64,000 nucleotides of DNA, from the NCBI GenBank assembly GCA_043228905.1, contig JBHGNT010000018.1:9858001-9922000 (forward strand), written 5' to 3'. The notes beneath the pieces were generated by a model. The model saw nothing but the letters and a program-made list of their open reading frames with translations, ran no database searches and was not told where the DNA came from. Numbering within the stretch: position 1 is the stretch's first letter; each line of letters begins with the position of its first letter. A program made the translations under genes and the position numbers. Positions 1-11,639 of this stretch are shown in pieces. Source of the stretch: Azolla caroliniana (Eukaryota > Plantae > Polypodiophyta).

Positions 1-144
1 AATGGGAAAAAACCACGGGAGTCCTCAATCTCCAACTATCACTATGAACAGGGATGTACACTGGTGAAGCTACAAGGCAACAACCTTGAGCTCACTGTCT
101 TCGCCACAGGCGGCGGTAATACACAGAGAGACAACGACCTCTTC

Positions 145-177
<33 letters not shown>

Positions 178-508
178 CTGCTCTCACTTCGCATAAAAAT
201 GAGCAACAACAACAAATTGTTTGCCCTATGTCATATTTATACACATATGACTTTCGGGCTATTTACAAATATAGCCTCAAGGGCTCTTGGCAAACATATT
301 CACAAATATGTCCCCGCATCCGGATCTCTCTCCGGGTACATTCGTCATCCGGCTCCGTAACCGGGGTCTTCATCATCCGGATCCGTATCCGGGTACTCTT
401 CATCCGGCTTCATGCCGGGTACTCTTCATCATCCGGTTCCGTAACCGCAACCGGGCTTGCCGTCATTCATCTCCGGACATCCCATCCGGAGGGACCGAAA
501 TCCCAACA
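1..508 (-). repeat. 3' LTR of Copia A (partial)
   Basis: Matches 4748-5255; contains a (CT)n tract and CTTCATCATCCGG-like repeats. Confidence 0.95.
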
Positions 509-518
509 AACTCCCCCT

Positions 519-3500
519 TCACTTCGGCATGGGATGTCTCTCCAATCCGACTCTCTTCCGGCACGCTCCCAGCTTGTCGGGTGTGAGCACTTTGGTCAGC
601 ATATCTGACCCGTTCTCTTCCGTGTGGATCTTCGTCAGCACGAACTCCTGGTCTTCTATCCTTTCCCGGATCCAGTGATATCTTCGCTGGATGTGCTTCG
701 TCCGGGAGTGATAGGCCGCGTTCTTCGCAAGGTGGATGGCACTCTGACTGTCGCAGTAGAGTCGGTACTCCTCTTGCCGGATACCGAGCTCTCTAATGAA
801 GTCCTTCATCCATATTATTTCCTTGCCGGCTTCAACAGCCGCCATGTACTCCGCCTCCGTGGTTGACAACGCAACCGTCTTCTGCAGCCTCGACTGCCAC
901 GAAACAGCTCCCCCTGCATACGTCATCACATACCCTGATGTGGACCGGCTGGTATCTGCATCAGCCGACATATCAGAATCAGTAAAGCCGTCGAGTTCGG
1001 GCTTACCGGAGCCGAATCGGAGGCACACGTTTGCCGTGCCCTTCAGGTATCGGAGTATCCACTTGACCGCGTTCCAGTGCTCTTTGCCGGGATTGCTCAT
1101 GTATCGGCTCACCACTCCAACTGCATATCCTATGTCCGGTCTTGTACACACCATTGCGTACATCAAGCTTCCAACGGCAGAGGCATATGGTACTTTCATC
1201 ATGTCCTCCTTCTCAGCCTTTGTCTTGGGGCTTTGCTTGCTGGACAACTTGCAGTTTGCCGGGAGGGTTGACCCGACCGGTCTTGCTTCCGACATGTTGA
1301 ACCGGTGAAGCACCTTTGTCACGTACTTCTCCTGTGACAGCCACAACTGCTTCTTCTTCCGGTCCCGGATGATGTGCATCCCTAGTATTTGCCTCGCCGG
1401 ACCCAGGTCCTTCATTGAGAAGGTTTGGTGAAGCGCTTTCTTCAGCGTCCGTATCTTGACCTGGTCCCGTCCGACGATCAACATGTCGTCCACGTATAGG
1501 AGGAGTATTAGAGAGTCTCCTCCTTCGAACTTCTTCACAAACACGCAGTGATCGGACTGCGTTTTGTGGTACCCTTCGTCGGTCATGAAGGAGTCAAACT
1601 TCCGGTACCATTGTCGGGGAGCCTGCTTCAGTCCGTAAAGGCTCTTCTTCAACCGGCATACCAGGTGCTCCTTCCCTTCTTTCTCGAATCCTTCCGGTTG
1701 CTGCATGTAGATCTCTTCTTCGAGGTCACCGTGAAGGAATGCCGTCTTCACGTCCATCTGTTCTACCTCGAGATCCATGCTTGCCGCTATGCTCAGCACC
1801 GTCCGGATGGAGGTCATCTTCACTACCGGGGCAAATATCTCGTCGAAATCGACGCCCTTCTTCTGCTGGAACCCCTTCACCACGATCCTGGCTTTGTATC
1901 TCGGGGGTTTTCCGGCATCTCCCGGTTTCAGCTTGAACACCCACTTGTTCCGAAGTGCCCGCTTTCCTTTCGGCAACTCCACAAGTTCATATGTGTGGTT
2001 CTCATGCAGGGAATCCATCTCCTCCTGCATGGCACTTAACCACCTGCGGCTATGAGTGTCAAGCTTTGCTTCTTCAAAGCTCTCCGGCTCCCCCTCGTCG
2101 GTTAGCAGCACGTGCTCTGGTTCCGGAAATCTCCGGGGGGCCCTTCTCTCTCTTAGAGGATATCTCCGTTCCGGAGCTTCGGTAACCGGCTCCTCCGTTT
2201 CCTCTTCATCCGAATCCATTTCGGGATCGGGGCTGGTTCCGGTATCAGTTTCATCTTCCTCGGCCGGTTCTGTTTCTTCACCGTCTTCGGCCGGATCCTC
2301 GAGTGCTAACCGGTCCCTTGCCGGTCGGGACTGCTCCTCGTAGAGTTGATCCTCACCGGTCGACTTGGAGCTCTTCATCTTCTTCTCCGACTCCCAGTCG
2401 GCGAGTGTCTTGTCCTCCATGAAGATGATATCTCGACTCCTGAATATCTTCTTGTCGACCGGGTCCCATACTCGGTAGCCGAACTCGTCGTCGCCGTAAC
2501 CGAGAAATATGCATGGCCGGGTCTTTGGATCTAACTTTCCTCTCCGGTCCTTTGCCACATGCACGTATGCGAGACACCCGAACACCTTCAGATGCCGGTA
2601 GGACACTTCCTTACCGGTCCACACTTTCTGCGGCGTGTCTCCGTCCAAAGGCACTGAGGGTGATCTATTTATCACATACGTCGCCGTCGACATTGCCTCA
2701 GCCCAAAATCCCTTGGGTAATTTCGCATGCGCCAGCATACTCCGGACCCTCTCCATTATGGTCCGGTTCATCCTCTCGGCCAGCCCGTTCAGTTCCGGCG
2801 TCTTCGGCACGGTAAACTCAAGCCGGATTCCCTTCGAGCGACAGTACTCCGTGAACTGCCCCCGGTATTCCCCTCCGTTATCCGCTCGTATCGCTTTCAG
2901 CTTCTTGCCGGATTCCCTTTCCACTCTCGCGTGGAGTTCTTTGAAGACGGACAATACTTGGTCCTTTGTCTTCAACGGTGCCGTCCACAACTTCCGGTTG
3001 TGGTCATCTATGAAAGTTACGAAGTATTGGGCTCCGCCATGTGACTTCGTTTCTACCTGACACACATCAGTGTGCACCAACTCCAATGGTACACTACGTC
3101 TCGTCGGTGGCCTTGAGTGGAAGGAGGTCCGGTTTTGCTTACCGGCCAGGCAGTCGGTGCACTTCTCCAGGTGCACATGCTTCACTGGAATAAGGTTGTC
3201 TTCTGCAAGCCTCTTCATCCCCTTCTCACTCATGTGACACAGTCTCTTGTGCCACAGCTCACCGGCAGTATCGGCTGCCACGTTCAGCTCCTCCGGACAT
3301 AGCCGGGAATTCATCAGGTACAGTGTGTTGACCTTCCGGGCCCGAGCCACTATCAGGTTCCCCTTGCTGAACTTCATGACACCGTTCCGGATGCTACCCG
3401 TGTAGCCTTCGTCATCTAGCCTCCCGGCCGAAATCAGGTTCAATCGAACCTCCGGAACGTGTCGAACATTCTTCAGCAGCATCTTGCATCCGGTTGATGT

Positions 3501-4592
3501 CATCAGCCACACGTCTCCTATGCCGGCAATCCGGCATGTACCTTCATTTCCCATCCGGACACAGCCGTGCTCACCGGCTGTGTAGGATGAGAAGTATTTC
3601 TTCTCCGGGGTCAGGTGGAACGACGCTCCGGAATCGACCACCCAGGTCATCTCTTCACCGGCACGGTTCAGCTCCCTCTCTTCGGTAATGAGCATTATCT
3701 CTTCTTCACTTGCCGCGAGTGCCGTCGTTCCTTTCCGGTCCTGCCCTCGCCGATCCGGACCTCTCCGGTCCGTGGCTCCCCGGTATGCACCGTTTCTCTC
3801 CGGTGACTTCTTCGAATCGGTGTCGTCGGCTCCGTTGTCCTTTCGGTAATGCCGACAATTCTTCCGAAAGTGCCCCGGCTTCCCACAGTGGAAGCATGTG
3901 GGCCTTCCTCTTGACTGCGACCGGGTCCCCGACTTCTCCCGTCTTTGCGGACTCCGGTTCCATTGTCTTCCCCGATCCGATTCGGTAAGCAGCATCTTCG
4001 GATCGGAAACCGGTTCTTTATCTCTCCGACGCGCTTCTTCGTTCAAAATGCTTGTCTTTACCGTTTGTAGAGACAAGTTATCTTCGGTGCAGGAGGTGCT
4101 GAGAGTCACCACCAAGTTCTCCCAGCTTTCCGGCAATGTACACATCAGAATGATGGCTTGCATTGCATCCTCCAACGGGAACTTGATCGCCGCAAGCTGG
4201 TTCACGAAACCCATGAACGTGCTTACGTGTTCCACCATACTCTCGCCGTCCCGGTACTTGAGGTTCACTATCTTTCTCATCAGGGAGGTCCGGTTCAACG
4301 CATTCTTCCTCTCGTAGAGGCCCGACAGCTTCCGCCACATCTCATATGCGTTGGTGTCGTTCGCCACGTGTTGTAGAACGCTCACGTCGACGTATTGCCG
4401 AATGGTTGCAACGGCTTTCCGGTTCAGAAGCCTCCATTCCGTCTCAAGTACCCCCTTGGGTATTTCCGACCTGTCGATCGGTTCATACAGGTACCGAACA
4501 ATGAGCAGATCCTCCATCTTTATCTTCCAGTCGGCGTAGTTCTGCGCATTCAGCACCATCATCCCCGGCTGCCCGCTGCTGCCGCCTTCCAT
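519..4592 (-). CDS. Copia Gag-Pol polyprotein (Gag, CCHC knuckle, protease, GAG-pre-integrase, integrase, RT, RNase H)
   Basis: CFHCGKPGHFRKNC, WVVDSGASFH, LWHKRLCHMS, DNGGEY, LLYVDDML, STTEAEY, YCDSQSAI. The ATG of MEGGSS at 4592 lies just after the PBS; the ORF-track start at 4646 is inside the LTR. Confidence 0.95.
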   Translation of the reverse strand: MEGGSSGQPGMMVLNAQNYADWKIKMEDLLIVRYLYEPIDRSEIPKGVLETEWRLLNRKAVATIRQYVDVSVLQHVANDTNAYEMWRKLSGLYERKNALNRTSLMRKIVNLKYRDGESMVEHVSTFMGFVNQLAAIKFPLEDAMQAIILMCTLPESWENLVVTLSTSCTEDNLSLQTVKTSILNEEARRRDKEPVSDPKMLLTESDRGRQWNRSPQRREKSGTRSQSRGRPTCFHCGKPGHFRKNCRHYRKDNGADDTDSKKSPERNGAYRGATDRRGPDRRGQDRKGTTALAASEEEIMLITEERELNRAGEEMTWVVDSGASFHLTPEKKYFSSYTAGEHGCVRMGNEGTCRIAGIGDVWLMTSTGCKMLLKNVRHVPEVRLNLISAGRLDDEGYTGSIRNGVMKFSKGNLIVARARKVNTLYLMNSRLCPEELNVAADTAGELWHKRLCHMSEKGMKRLAEDNLIPVKHVHLEKCTDCLAGKQNRTSFHSRPPTRRSVPLELVHTDVCQVETKSHGGAQYFVTFIDDHNRKLWTAPLKTKDQVLSVFKELHARVERESGKKLKAIRADNGGEYRGQFTEYCRSKGIRLEFTVPKTPELNGLAERMNRTIMERVRSMLAHAKLPKGFWAEAMSTATYVINRSPSVPLDGDTPQKVWTGKEVSYRHLKVFGCLAYVHVAKDRRGKLDPKTRPCIFLGYGDDEFGYRVWDPVDKKIFRSRDIIFMEDKTLADWESEKKMKSSKSTGEDQLYEEQSRPARDRLALEDPAEDGEETEPAEEDETDTGTSPDPEMDSDEEETEEPVTEAPERRYPLRERRAPRRFPEPEHVLLTDEGEPESFEEAKLDTHSRRWLSAMQEEMDSLHENHTYELVELPKGKRALRNKWVFKLKPGDAGKPPRYKARIVVKGFQQKKGVDFDEIFAPVVKMTSIRTVLSIAASMDLEVEQMDVKTAFLHGDLEEEIYMQQPEGFEKEGKEHLVCRLKKSLYGLKQAPRQWYRKFDSFMTDEGYHKTQSDHCVFVKKFEGGDSLILLLYVDDMLIVGRDQVKIRTLKKALHQTFSMKDLGPARQILGMHIIRDRKKKQLWLSQEKYVTKVLHRFNMSEARPVGSTLPANCKLSSKQSPKTKAEKEDMMKVPYASAVGSLMYAMVCTRPDIGYAVGVVSRYMSNPGKEHWNAVKWILRYLKGTANVCLRFGSGKPELDGFTDSDMSADADTSRSTSGYVMTYAGGAVSWQSRLQKTVALSTTEAEYMAAVEAGKEIIWMKDFIRELGIRQEEYRLYCDSQSAIHLAKNAAYHSRTKHIQRRYHWIRERIEDQEFVLTKIHTEENGSDMLTKVLTPDKLGACRKRVGLERHPMPK

Positions 4593-4623
4593 TTTCTGTG
4601 TTACAGTCCCTCTGATACCACTT

Positions 4624-4891
4624 TGTTGAACACAGTGCTCGGCCACAACCGAGGAATAGGATCAACTCACAGAAAACGGGAAATACAAAGTGCACGAGGA
4701 CAATAGAGAGAGAAAGGTACACTGGATATTTTACGTGGAAAACCCTAAATGGGAAAAAACCACGGGAGTCCTCAATCTCCAACTATCACTATGAACAGGG
4801 ATGTACACTGGTGAAGCTACAAGGCAACAACCTTGAGCTCACTGTCTTCGCCACAGGCGGCGGTAATACACAGAGAGACAACGACCTCTTC

Positions 4892-4924
<33 letters not shown>

Positions 4925-5255
4925 CTGCTCTCACTTCGCATAAAAATGAGCAACAACAACAAACTGTTTGCCCTAAGTCATATTTATACACATATGACTT
5001 TCGGGCTATTTACAAATATAGCCTCAAGGGCTCTTGGCAAACATATTCACAAATATGTCCCCGCATCCTGATCTCTCTCCGGGTACATTCGTCATCCGGC
5101 TCCGTAACCGGGGTCTTCATCATCCGGATCCGTATCCGGGTACTCTTCATCCGGCTTCATGCCGGGTACTCTTCATCATCCGGTTCCGTAACCGCAACCG
5201 GGCTTGCCGTCATTCATCTCCGGACATCCCATCCGGAGGGACCGAAATCCCAACA
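4624..5255 (-). repeat. 5' LTR of Copia A (632 bp)
   Basis: TGTTG...CAACA, adjacent to the tRNA-iMet PBS. Confidence 0.95.
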
Positions 5256-5608
5256 CCACCAACGTCCCATACCGCCGGATATTAGGATGACTAATACCTT
5301 GGAAGAGATAAACACGATCGTCGAGACGAAAGCCTAGCCTGCACCACCGGTGTCTACGACAGCAGCCTTCCGACGTGATTCTCCTATGAGGGTAGCTAAG
5401 CCTCATATTTATACCTTTTCCTAGGCCCCTTGAATAGATGTGCCTTTCTAAAAGGCTCTCTATTCATTGGTTGTCTAAATCATGATAGTGCATGCACATA
5501 TCATTCATTCTATCCAATCATTAGTCCCCTTTTTAATAATAGTGAACATACCCTTCACTAATGTAAATATTAGTGACCTACCCTCACCAACGTTATGTGT
5601 ACATAACA
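5256..5608 (-). repeat. Partial LTR of Gypsy family B, interrupted by Copia A
   Basis: Homologous to about 42332-42683 and to 56800-57151; ends TGTACATAACA. Confidence 0.9.
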
Positions 5609-6728
5609 GAAGCCGACCGTGGAGGGGGAACGGGCAAAGACACTTGGTGTTCAGCATCTCAACGTGCCACACTTGAGGGGGAGAACGGGCAAAGACACCG
5701 GAATGGGCAAAGGCAAAGAGAATGTCGATTGCGCCGGTAAGGGAAGAACCGACGAGGGGAGAGACAAGAAGAAGAAAGGAGCCAAGTTGACAAAGGAAGT
5801 TGACACATCCAAACAATTCGTAACAAGCGGCAACGGCGGCAAAGTCAAGAAGGACAGAGCTGACCTGAAGAAGAAGGCCAAGACCCGGACATGGTCCGAT
5901 GTGGTGAAGGGCCTAGAACTAGAAAACGAATCGGGAGCAACAAATTCGGACAAGAGCTGGAACGAGTTGGAGACAACCGATTCGGAATAACTAGATCAAT
6001 TCAAGGCCAAGAGGATGAGAGGGCAGCGAAAGTCGACGCCAACACGAAGGAATCAGCGAATCGGCGAGCGCCAAAGTCACAACAACGAGGGAGCTGAGTT
6101 GGGCTTGTTGAGCAAACAAGCCGACCGAGGAGGTCGAGGTGCGCAGAATGAGAAGGGTCGTGGAAAAAGGGACCGGACTGGACAAGGAGCGCGAACGAGG
6201 CAGAGTAAGGCTAGAAGGAGCCGGGTGGAAGGACCGACTGCCATGGAGACTGACACTACAATCTGACCTCAAGTTGAGCTTGAGGGGGAGTGTTGAGCTG
6301 CAAGCTCAACCGGATCCGGATCGGCTGAATAAGCCTGAGCCGGATCGTCATACGGAAGGATGAACCGGATCGGTGAGCCGGTGAGCAAGTGAGCTGGTGA
6401 GCCAGTGAGCAAGTGAGCAAGTGAACCGGATCGGTGAGCCGGATCCAGCAGTAACCGGAAGCTTAGTAACAACATAGGCTACTAAGTAGTTAATGTCTCG
6501 TAGTTACTGTCAGACGCTCATCTGAGCATTGAAGTACATCGTACTTTTGTCAGTCCATATGGAGTTGTCAGTCCACTGAACACATACAATGTATAGATTG
6601 AGTATTTTTTTAATTGAGTTTTCTGTGTGCTCTCTCTCTCTCTCTCTCTGTCTCCCCCGTGTACTATGTTTATTCTAAGCTCTCCATTAAACCTGCGTTT
6701 CTGTGTTCGGTTTTCTATTGCTTCCACA
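5609..6728 (+). mobile_element. 3' end of Copia family C: post-RNase H extension, PPT and 3' LTR (6291-6728)
   Basis: Homologous to the reverse complement of about 57450-58450; PPT TTGAGGGGGAG at 6280-6290 then TGTTGAG. Confidence 0.85.
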
Positions 6729-7511
6729 GGCTATTCTTTTACAAGTCCTTCATCCAGATTTTCTCCTTGACGGCTTTTACGACTGCCATGTACTCCGCCT
6801 TCGTGGTTGACAACGCAACCATCTTCTGCAGCCTCGACTGCCCTGATATAGCTCCCCTTGCATAAGTCATGACATATCCGGATGTAGACTGGTTGGTATT
6901 CGCATCAATTGACATATCCGAATCTGTGAATCCGTCAAGTTGGGGTTTACCGGAACCAAACCGGAGGCACATACTCGAGGTGCCTTCCAAGTACCGGAGT
7001 ATCCACTTGATTGCGTTCCAATGCTCTTTTCCGGAATTACTCATGAACCGGCTCACCACTCCGACTGGATTTCCAGCATCTCCCAGTTTCAGCTTGTACA
7101 CCCACTTGTTCCGGAGTGCTCTCTTCCCTTTCGGCCACTCCGTCAGGTCATATGTGTGCTTCTCATGCAGGGAATCCATCTCATCCTGCATGGCACTCAA
7201 CCACTTGCGCCTGTGGGCGTCTCTCTTTGCTTCTTCGAAGCTTTCCGGCTCCCCCTCATTGGTTAGCAGCACATGCTCTGCATCCGGAAATCTCTGGGGG
7301 GCACTTCTCTCTCGGAGAGTACATCTCCGTCCTTGGTTTCTGACTATCAATTCCTCTGTTTGTTCCTCATCCTCTTCCGATTCGAGATCTTGTCTGGTTT
7401 CGGTGTCTCCTCCTCCTCCTTCTTCTTCGGTCGGTTCGGTTTCTTGTCCGTATCCGACCGGTTCGTCGAGTGTCATCCGGTTACCGGCTAACATCCGGTT
7501 TTCAACCGTTA
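6729..7511 (-). pseudogene. Copia A-related pol fragment with the RT core deleted
   Basis: EPESFEEAK...NKWVYKLK.GDAGNP joined directly to VGVVSRFMSN...STTKAEY. Confidence 0.88.
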
Positions 7512-7778
7512 TGTCGTGAAGATCCGTCACTACGCGCGGATCGTGAGGCGGAACCATCGGGGTTCTAGACCGGATGGACTCGAAGTTTGCACTAGCTTTA
7601 GCGAGAAAGGAATTAAGATAGATTGAAAGAGAGAGAGATTGAGATAAGATAGAACACTTGACTTTAGATTGAGAGAGATTAAGATTGAACTCTTGAGTTT
7701 AGATTTGAAGAACAAGATTGATACATCAATTGGATAACGAAATTCTTACTGTTAATTTCTTGATTAATACAACTTTAA

Positions 7779-7858
7779 GGAAATGACTTGGCTTGGTGGT
7801 AAATATATTGCTTTTTATGTTGGAGGTGCAAGGTTCAAGTCTTGCTTATATCCCTTTT
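7779..7858 (+). promoter_or_regulatory. tRNA-like Pol III A/B-box cassette in D LTR (second copy at 11382-11461)
   Basis: A box TGGCTTGGTGG at 7789, B box GGTTCAAGTC at 7832 within a GCAAG/CTTGC stem, followed by TTTT. Confidence 0.65.
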
Positions 7859-8699
7859 AAAGCACAAAATACTATTAGGCTTTTGGACCAAATATCTTTA
7901 AAACACCATGCACCGTGATCAACCGATCCGATCGATTCGTCTGATTTACATCCGTTCGTTCTGGCCCGGTTTGGTCCGCATCCTGAGGTCGCTGGATGCT
8001 AGTAACTGGGTTTGCCGACACCGGTCAGTCACTGGTTGCCGGTTCCGTCGCCGGCTGGTCGTTGGTCGCCGTCTGTCCGTCCGGTTCCAACTCCATCGCT
8101 GTCCAAAACCAATGAACTTGGCTACATCCATTCATCAAGTCATTCTACTCATCCTTTCTATTCTCCACACATAGACAATGATAATAGCTTTTGCTCTGCC
8201 TTATATATGGTGAGATCCTTATTTGTCTTGTCTATGTGAGACATCTCACAATTTTTTATTTTTCTCTTTTTCTTTGCAAACTTTATACCCACATAACTTG
8301 ACACTTAGATGTCTGTTTGTTATGTAGCAAAGTGCATTCAAAAGCTCTTCAAGACCTCCATCTTTTTGTACCAAGATATTAAACTTATTTAAAATAGTGT
8401 CTTCACTATTATTGTTCTATATTTCGTGAGAAGAACCACACTCCATTTCGTATGTTCCTCACAAGTTTCACACCATTGCCGAAAATCTTCACGACATCCA
8501 CCCCCACCAAACTACACGTCCTCTGGTACGTGCTAAGAAGAGAGAATGTGAGATTTCGGCAATGGTGATTAGCATGACTCCTCCACGTCGAGCATGTCCA
8601 TTTCTTTGCACTCGAATCATCAATCCACCATATCATTCGCTTTTTCTTTGCTTTACCATGACTAGTTGTCATGGCCCCTTGTTCTCCTTTCGAACATAA

Positions 8700-10838
8700 C
8701 TCTTTAGGCTTTATGCATGTTCCACCTTTGTTTCGATCGTCTTCTTGCTCAAGGCACTTTGACCCATCGCACATTTTTGTTTTGTGTCTTTCATCCCAAG
8801 CCTCTATCTGAATAATGACATTGAATACCCCATGTAGTATCTTCAAGTGTATGCCAACGTCGAGATCCTTACACGACCATTTTTCATGCTTCTCATTTCG
8901 TCCATCGTTGTGGTTTCTTCTTATGTCAAAGTTCTCCATCGATTCCTCGATCTTAATGATAGTGTCCGCCTTCAAGTTGAATGTTACATCAATATTTTGA
9001 GGAATACCCTTCAAATCTTCTTGGCCCACTTGGCCCTCGTTTTTTTTTGTTGTGCTTTGCTAGGCCTCTTTCCCCCACACATAAGCTTCGACCCTGGCTT
9101 CCTCGTCGTCATTGTCCTTCTCTTGGGTCTGACATCGGTTAATGCCCAAGTTTCCAGAACGAGTGTGGAGAGATCCATATGTATTTGCTGGCCACGCCCT
9201 GACATTGTTATTTGCGTCAACTTGGACCTTCGCTTCCCCACCATCATCGTCTGTCTCTTGGGTCTCACGTTGTCTTTGATTTAGAACTGCCCAAGTCTCT
9301 AGAACATGTGCGAAGGAATCCATTTATCTTTGCTCAATCACCCTCGACACCTTTGTCTTGATGTCATCTTTCACATTAGATTTGAACTCCCCCTTGTTGC
9401 CACCTTCTGTCTCTTGGGTCTTCTATTGGTTCTTAGACGCAACTGCCCAAGTCTCTGGAACCAGTGAGGGGAAAGTCTTGTCACTGCCATCATTCACCAT
9501 CAACTCGTCCATATCTATCTTCACCTTGATGTTGTGCACACCATCTTAGTCCTTCTCCTTAATACCACCTTCCATCTCTTGGGTCTCACGTTGGTTCTTG
9601 GATGCAACTGCCCAAGTCTCCGGAACTTGTGTGAAGGAATCCTCAATGTGGCCATTTGCCATTAATTCTTTCATAGCCACCTCTGACTTGATGTCATTTA
9701 TTATGGCTATCTTGTCAATCTCATGGGCCTCATACCCATTGACCTTCTTGATCGAGCAAGCTTCAATTATCCTTCTCTCTTCGTCGCATGTATTCGTTTT
9801 GACCATCGGCTCCTCGCCGACACCTTCCATCACTTGGGTCTCACGTTGGTTCTTGGACGCAACTACCCAAGTCTCTGGAGCATGTGTGGAGAAAATCCGG
9901 CCATGGTCGTTGTCGACGCTTGTTATCTTTTTCATAGTCACCTCCTCGATGTAGTCTTTAGCGGCTAGATCCTCAATTACACTAGCCTTGCACTCTTTAT
10001 CTCCATTGATGCCGATTTGGTTTGTTCCATCATCTGTTGTTTCAAACATGACGCATGTTCTGAAACATTCCACCTCCTTTGAAATGGTTGCCATCGTCCT
10101 TGATTCATCATCAATCTTCTTTTCATGTTGAATGCGTTGTTTAGGCGTCTCAACTTCTTTAGCTGGTTTTGATTTTTCTACAGTTTGTCTTACCACGTCA
10201 ATATCATCGAGCCATCGATGACGCTTGTCGATCTTGTTGCATGCTTGCTTCACCGCAACCCAGTCCTGCACAAGCCCGTTCACTTGGGTATCATCTTCGA
10301 GGAGAGTTGGGGACTCTCATCTATTCTTCATGTCCATAGCTTTCAAGAAGTACAATGTCTTGTCCTCCTCAAGTAGCACTTGGTCCGTAGCGGGGAGACG
10401 ACGAAACATTTGGTCGAACTCGTCGTACACCTTCGAAGCACTTATCTTCTTATTTTTCTTCTCTATCCACCTCATCAAGGTATGTCGAGTCATCCTCGAC
10501 AAATCTTCCGTTGCAAACTCTGCTAATATTGATCTTTCAAACTCTAACCATGTTGTCTTTCCTTCTTGAAGCTCAATGACACGTCTTTAGATGTTGTTGG
10601 CAACAACTCTCTTGAAGCTTGCGATTCGACATGCTTCGGACATGTCCCTTTGATTCATCTCCATTCTATATGCATCAAGGAACTTCGTAATGTTCCTTCT
10701 GTCAAATTGACCCTCTAGCTCAACGACACGGTCGACAACCTTCTCCACGCTCGCATCGTTGTCTCGAGATCTCATCATTTGTTCGACGATCAACATCATC
10801 CTTTCAAACTCTCCCACTTGGTTGCTTGAGGATGCCAT
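8700..10838 (-). pseudogene. Degenerate Gag fused to an acidic ETWAVASKNQRETQ repeat array
   Basis: N-terminal part resembles the Gag at 22878-23861 (VDRVVELEG.F...ITKFL; LDKRRQW); stops and frameshifts present; 3' boundary approximate. Confidence 0.75.
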
Positions 10839-11639
10839 CTCCAAGTATCGGTTGATCCTCGATTTGATCCTTCCTGCCGCCTCTTTCACGTCAGGTTCAC
10901 CATATAATTATGCCATGAAGATCCGTCACTACGCGCGGATCGTGAGGCAGGAACCATTGGGTTTCTGGACCGGAAGGACTCGAAGTTTGCACTAGCTTTA
11001 GCAAGAAAGGAATTAAGATAGATTGAAAGAGAGAGATTTTGAGATAAGATTGAACACTTGACTTTAGATTGAGAGAGATTAAGATTGAACTCTTGACTTT
11101 AGATTTGAAGAACAAGATTGATACATCAATTGGATAACGAATTTCTTACTTTTAATTTCTTGATTAATACCTCGCCCCTTTTTTTCTTTTTTATCCACTC
11201 TTTTATAGATGCCCCCATGCATATGATGCATGTGGGGTACAAGACATGCATAAAATGCATGATGCATGCTTGCCATTTGGCGCTCATGCATTACATGTGA
11301 CGCATGATAACCATGTCACTCATTTAAGCTCTCATATTAGAATTTTCAAGTAAAAGTATAATGATAAAAATATAACTTTAAGGAAATGACTTGGCTTAGT
11401 TGTAAGTATATTGTTTTCTATCTTAGAGGTGTCAGGTTCAAGTCTTGCTTACATCCCTTTTAAAGCACAAAATAATATTAGGCTTTTGGACCAAATATCT
11501 TTAAAACACCATACACCAGGATCAACCGACCTGGCCGATCCATCTAATTTGCATCCGTCCAGTCTGGCCCGGTTTGGTCCGCATCCCGAGATTGCCGGAT
11601 GCTAATAACTGGGTTTGCCGGCTTACCCAATGTTACTGG

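Larger units (their letters stand above)
1..5255 (-). mobile_element. Intact young Ty1/Copia LTR retrotransposon (Tnt1/Tork-like, family A); 3' LTR runs off the window start
   Basis: Direct-repeat LTRs 1-508 and 4624-5255 (constant offset 4747, 3 substitutions seen), TG...CA ends, PBS TGGTATCAGAG at 4610-4620, PPT at 509-521, uninterrupted polyprotein ORF. Confidence 0.97.
7512..11620 (-). mobile_element. Non-autonomous gag-only Gypsy (family D, copy 1); 3' LTR 7512-8496, truncated 5' LTR 10911 to ~11620
   Basis: LTR with 12-bp terminal inverted repeat TGTCGTGAAGAT, PPT 8497-8508, tRNA-Trp-type PBS 10885-10902, degenerate gag followed by ETW peptide repeats, no pol motifs. Confidence 0.88.

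Noticed and set aside
624-4539. Numerous plus-strand and alternate-frame ORFs over the Copia polyprotein
   Set aside because: Antisense shadows of a GC-rich coding strand.
4593-4646. N-terminal 18 aa of the 1375-aa ORF
   Set aside because: Non-ATG start inside the LTR/PBS; the related family E begins at the equivalent MEGG.
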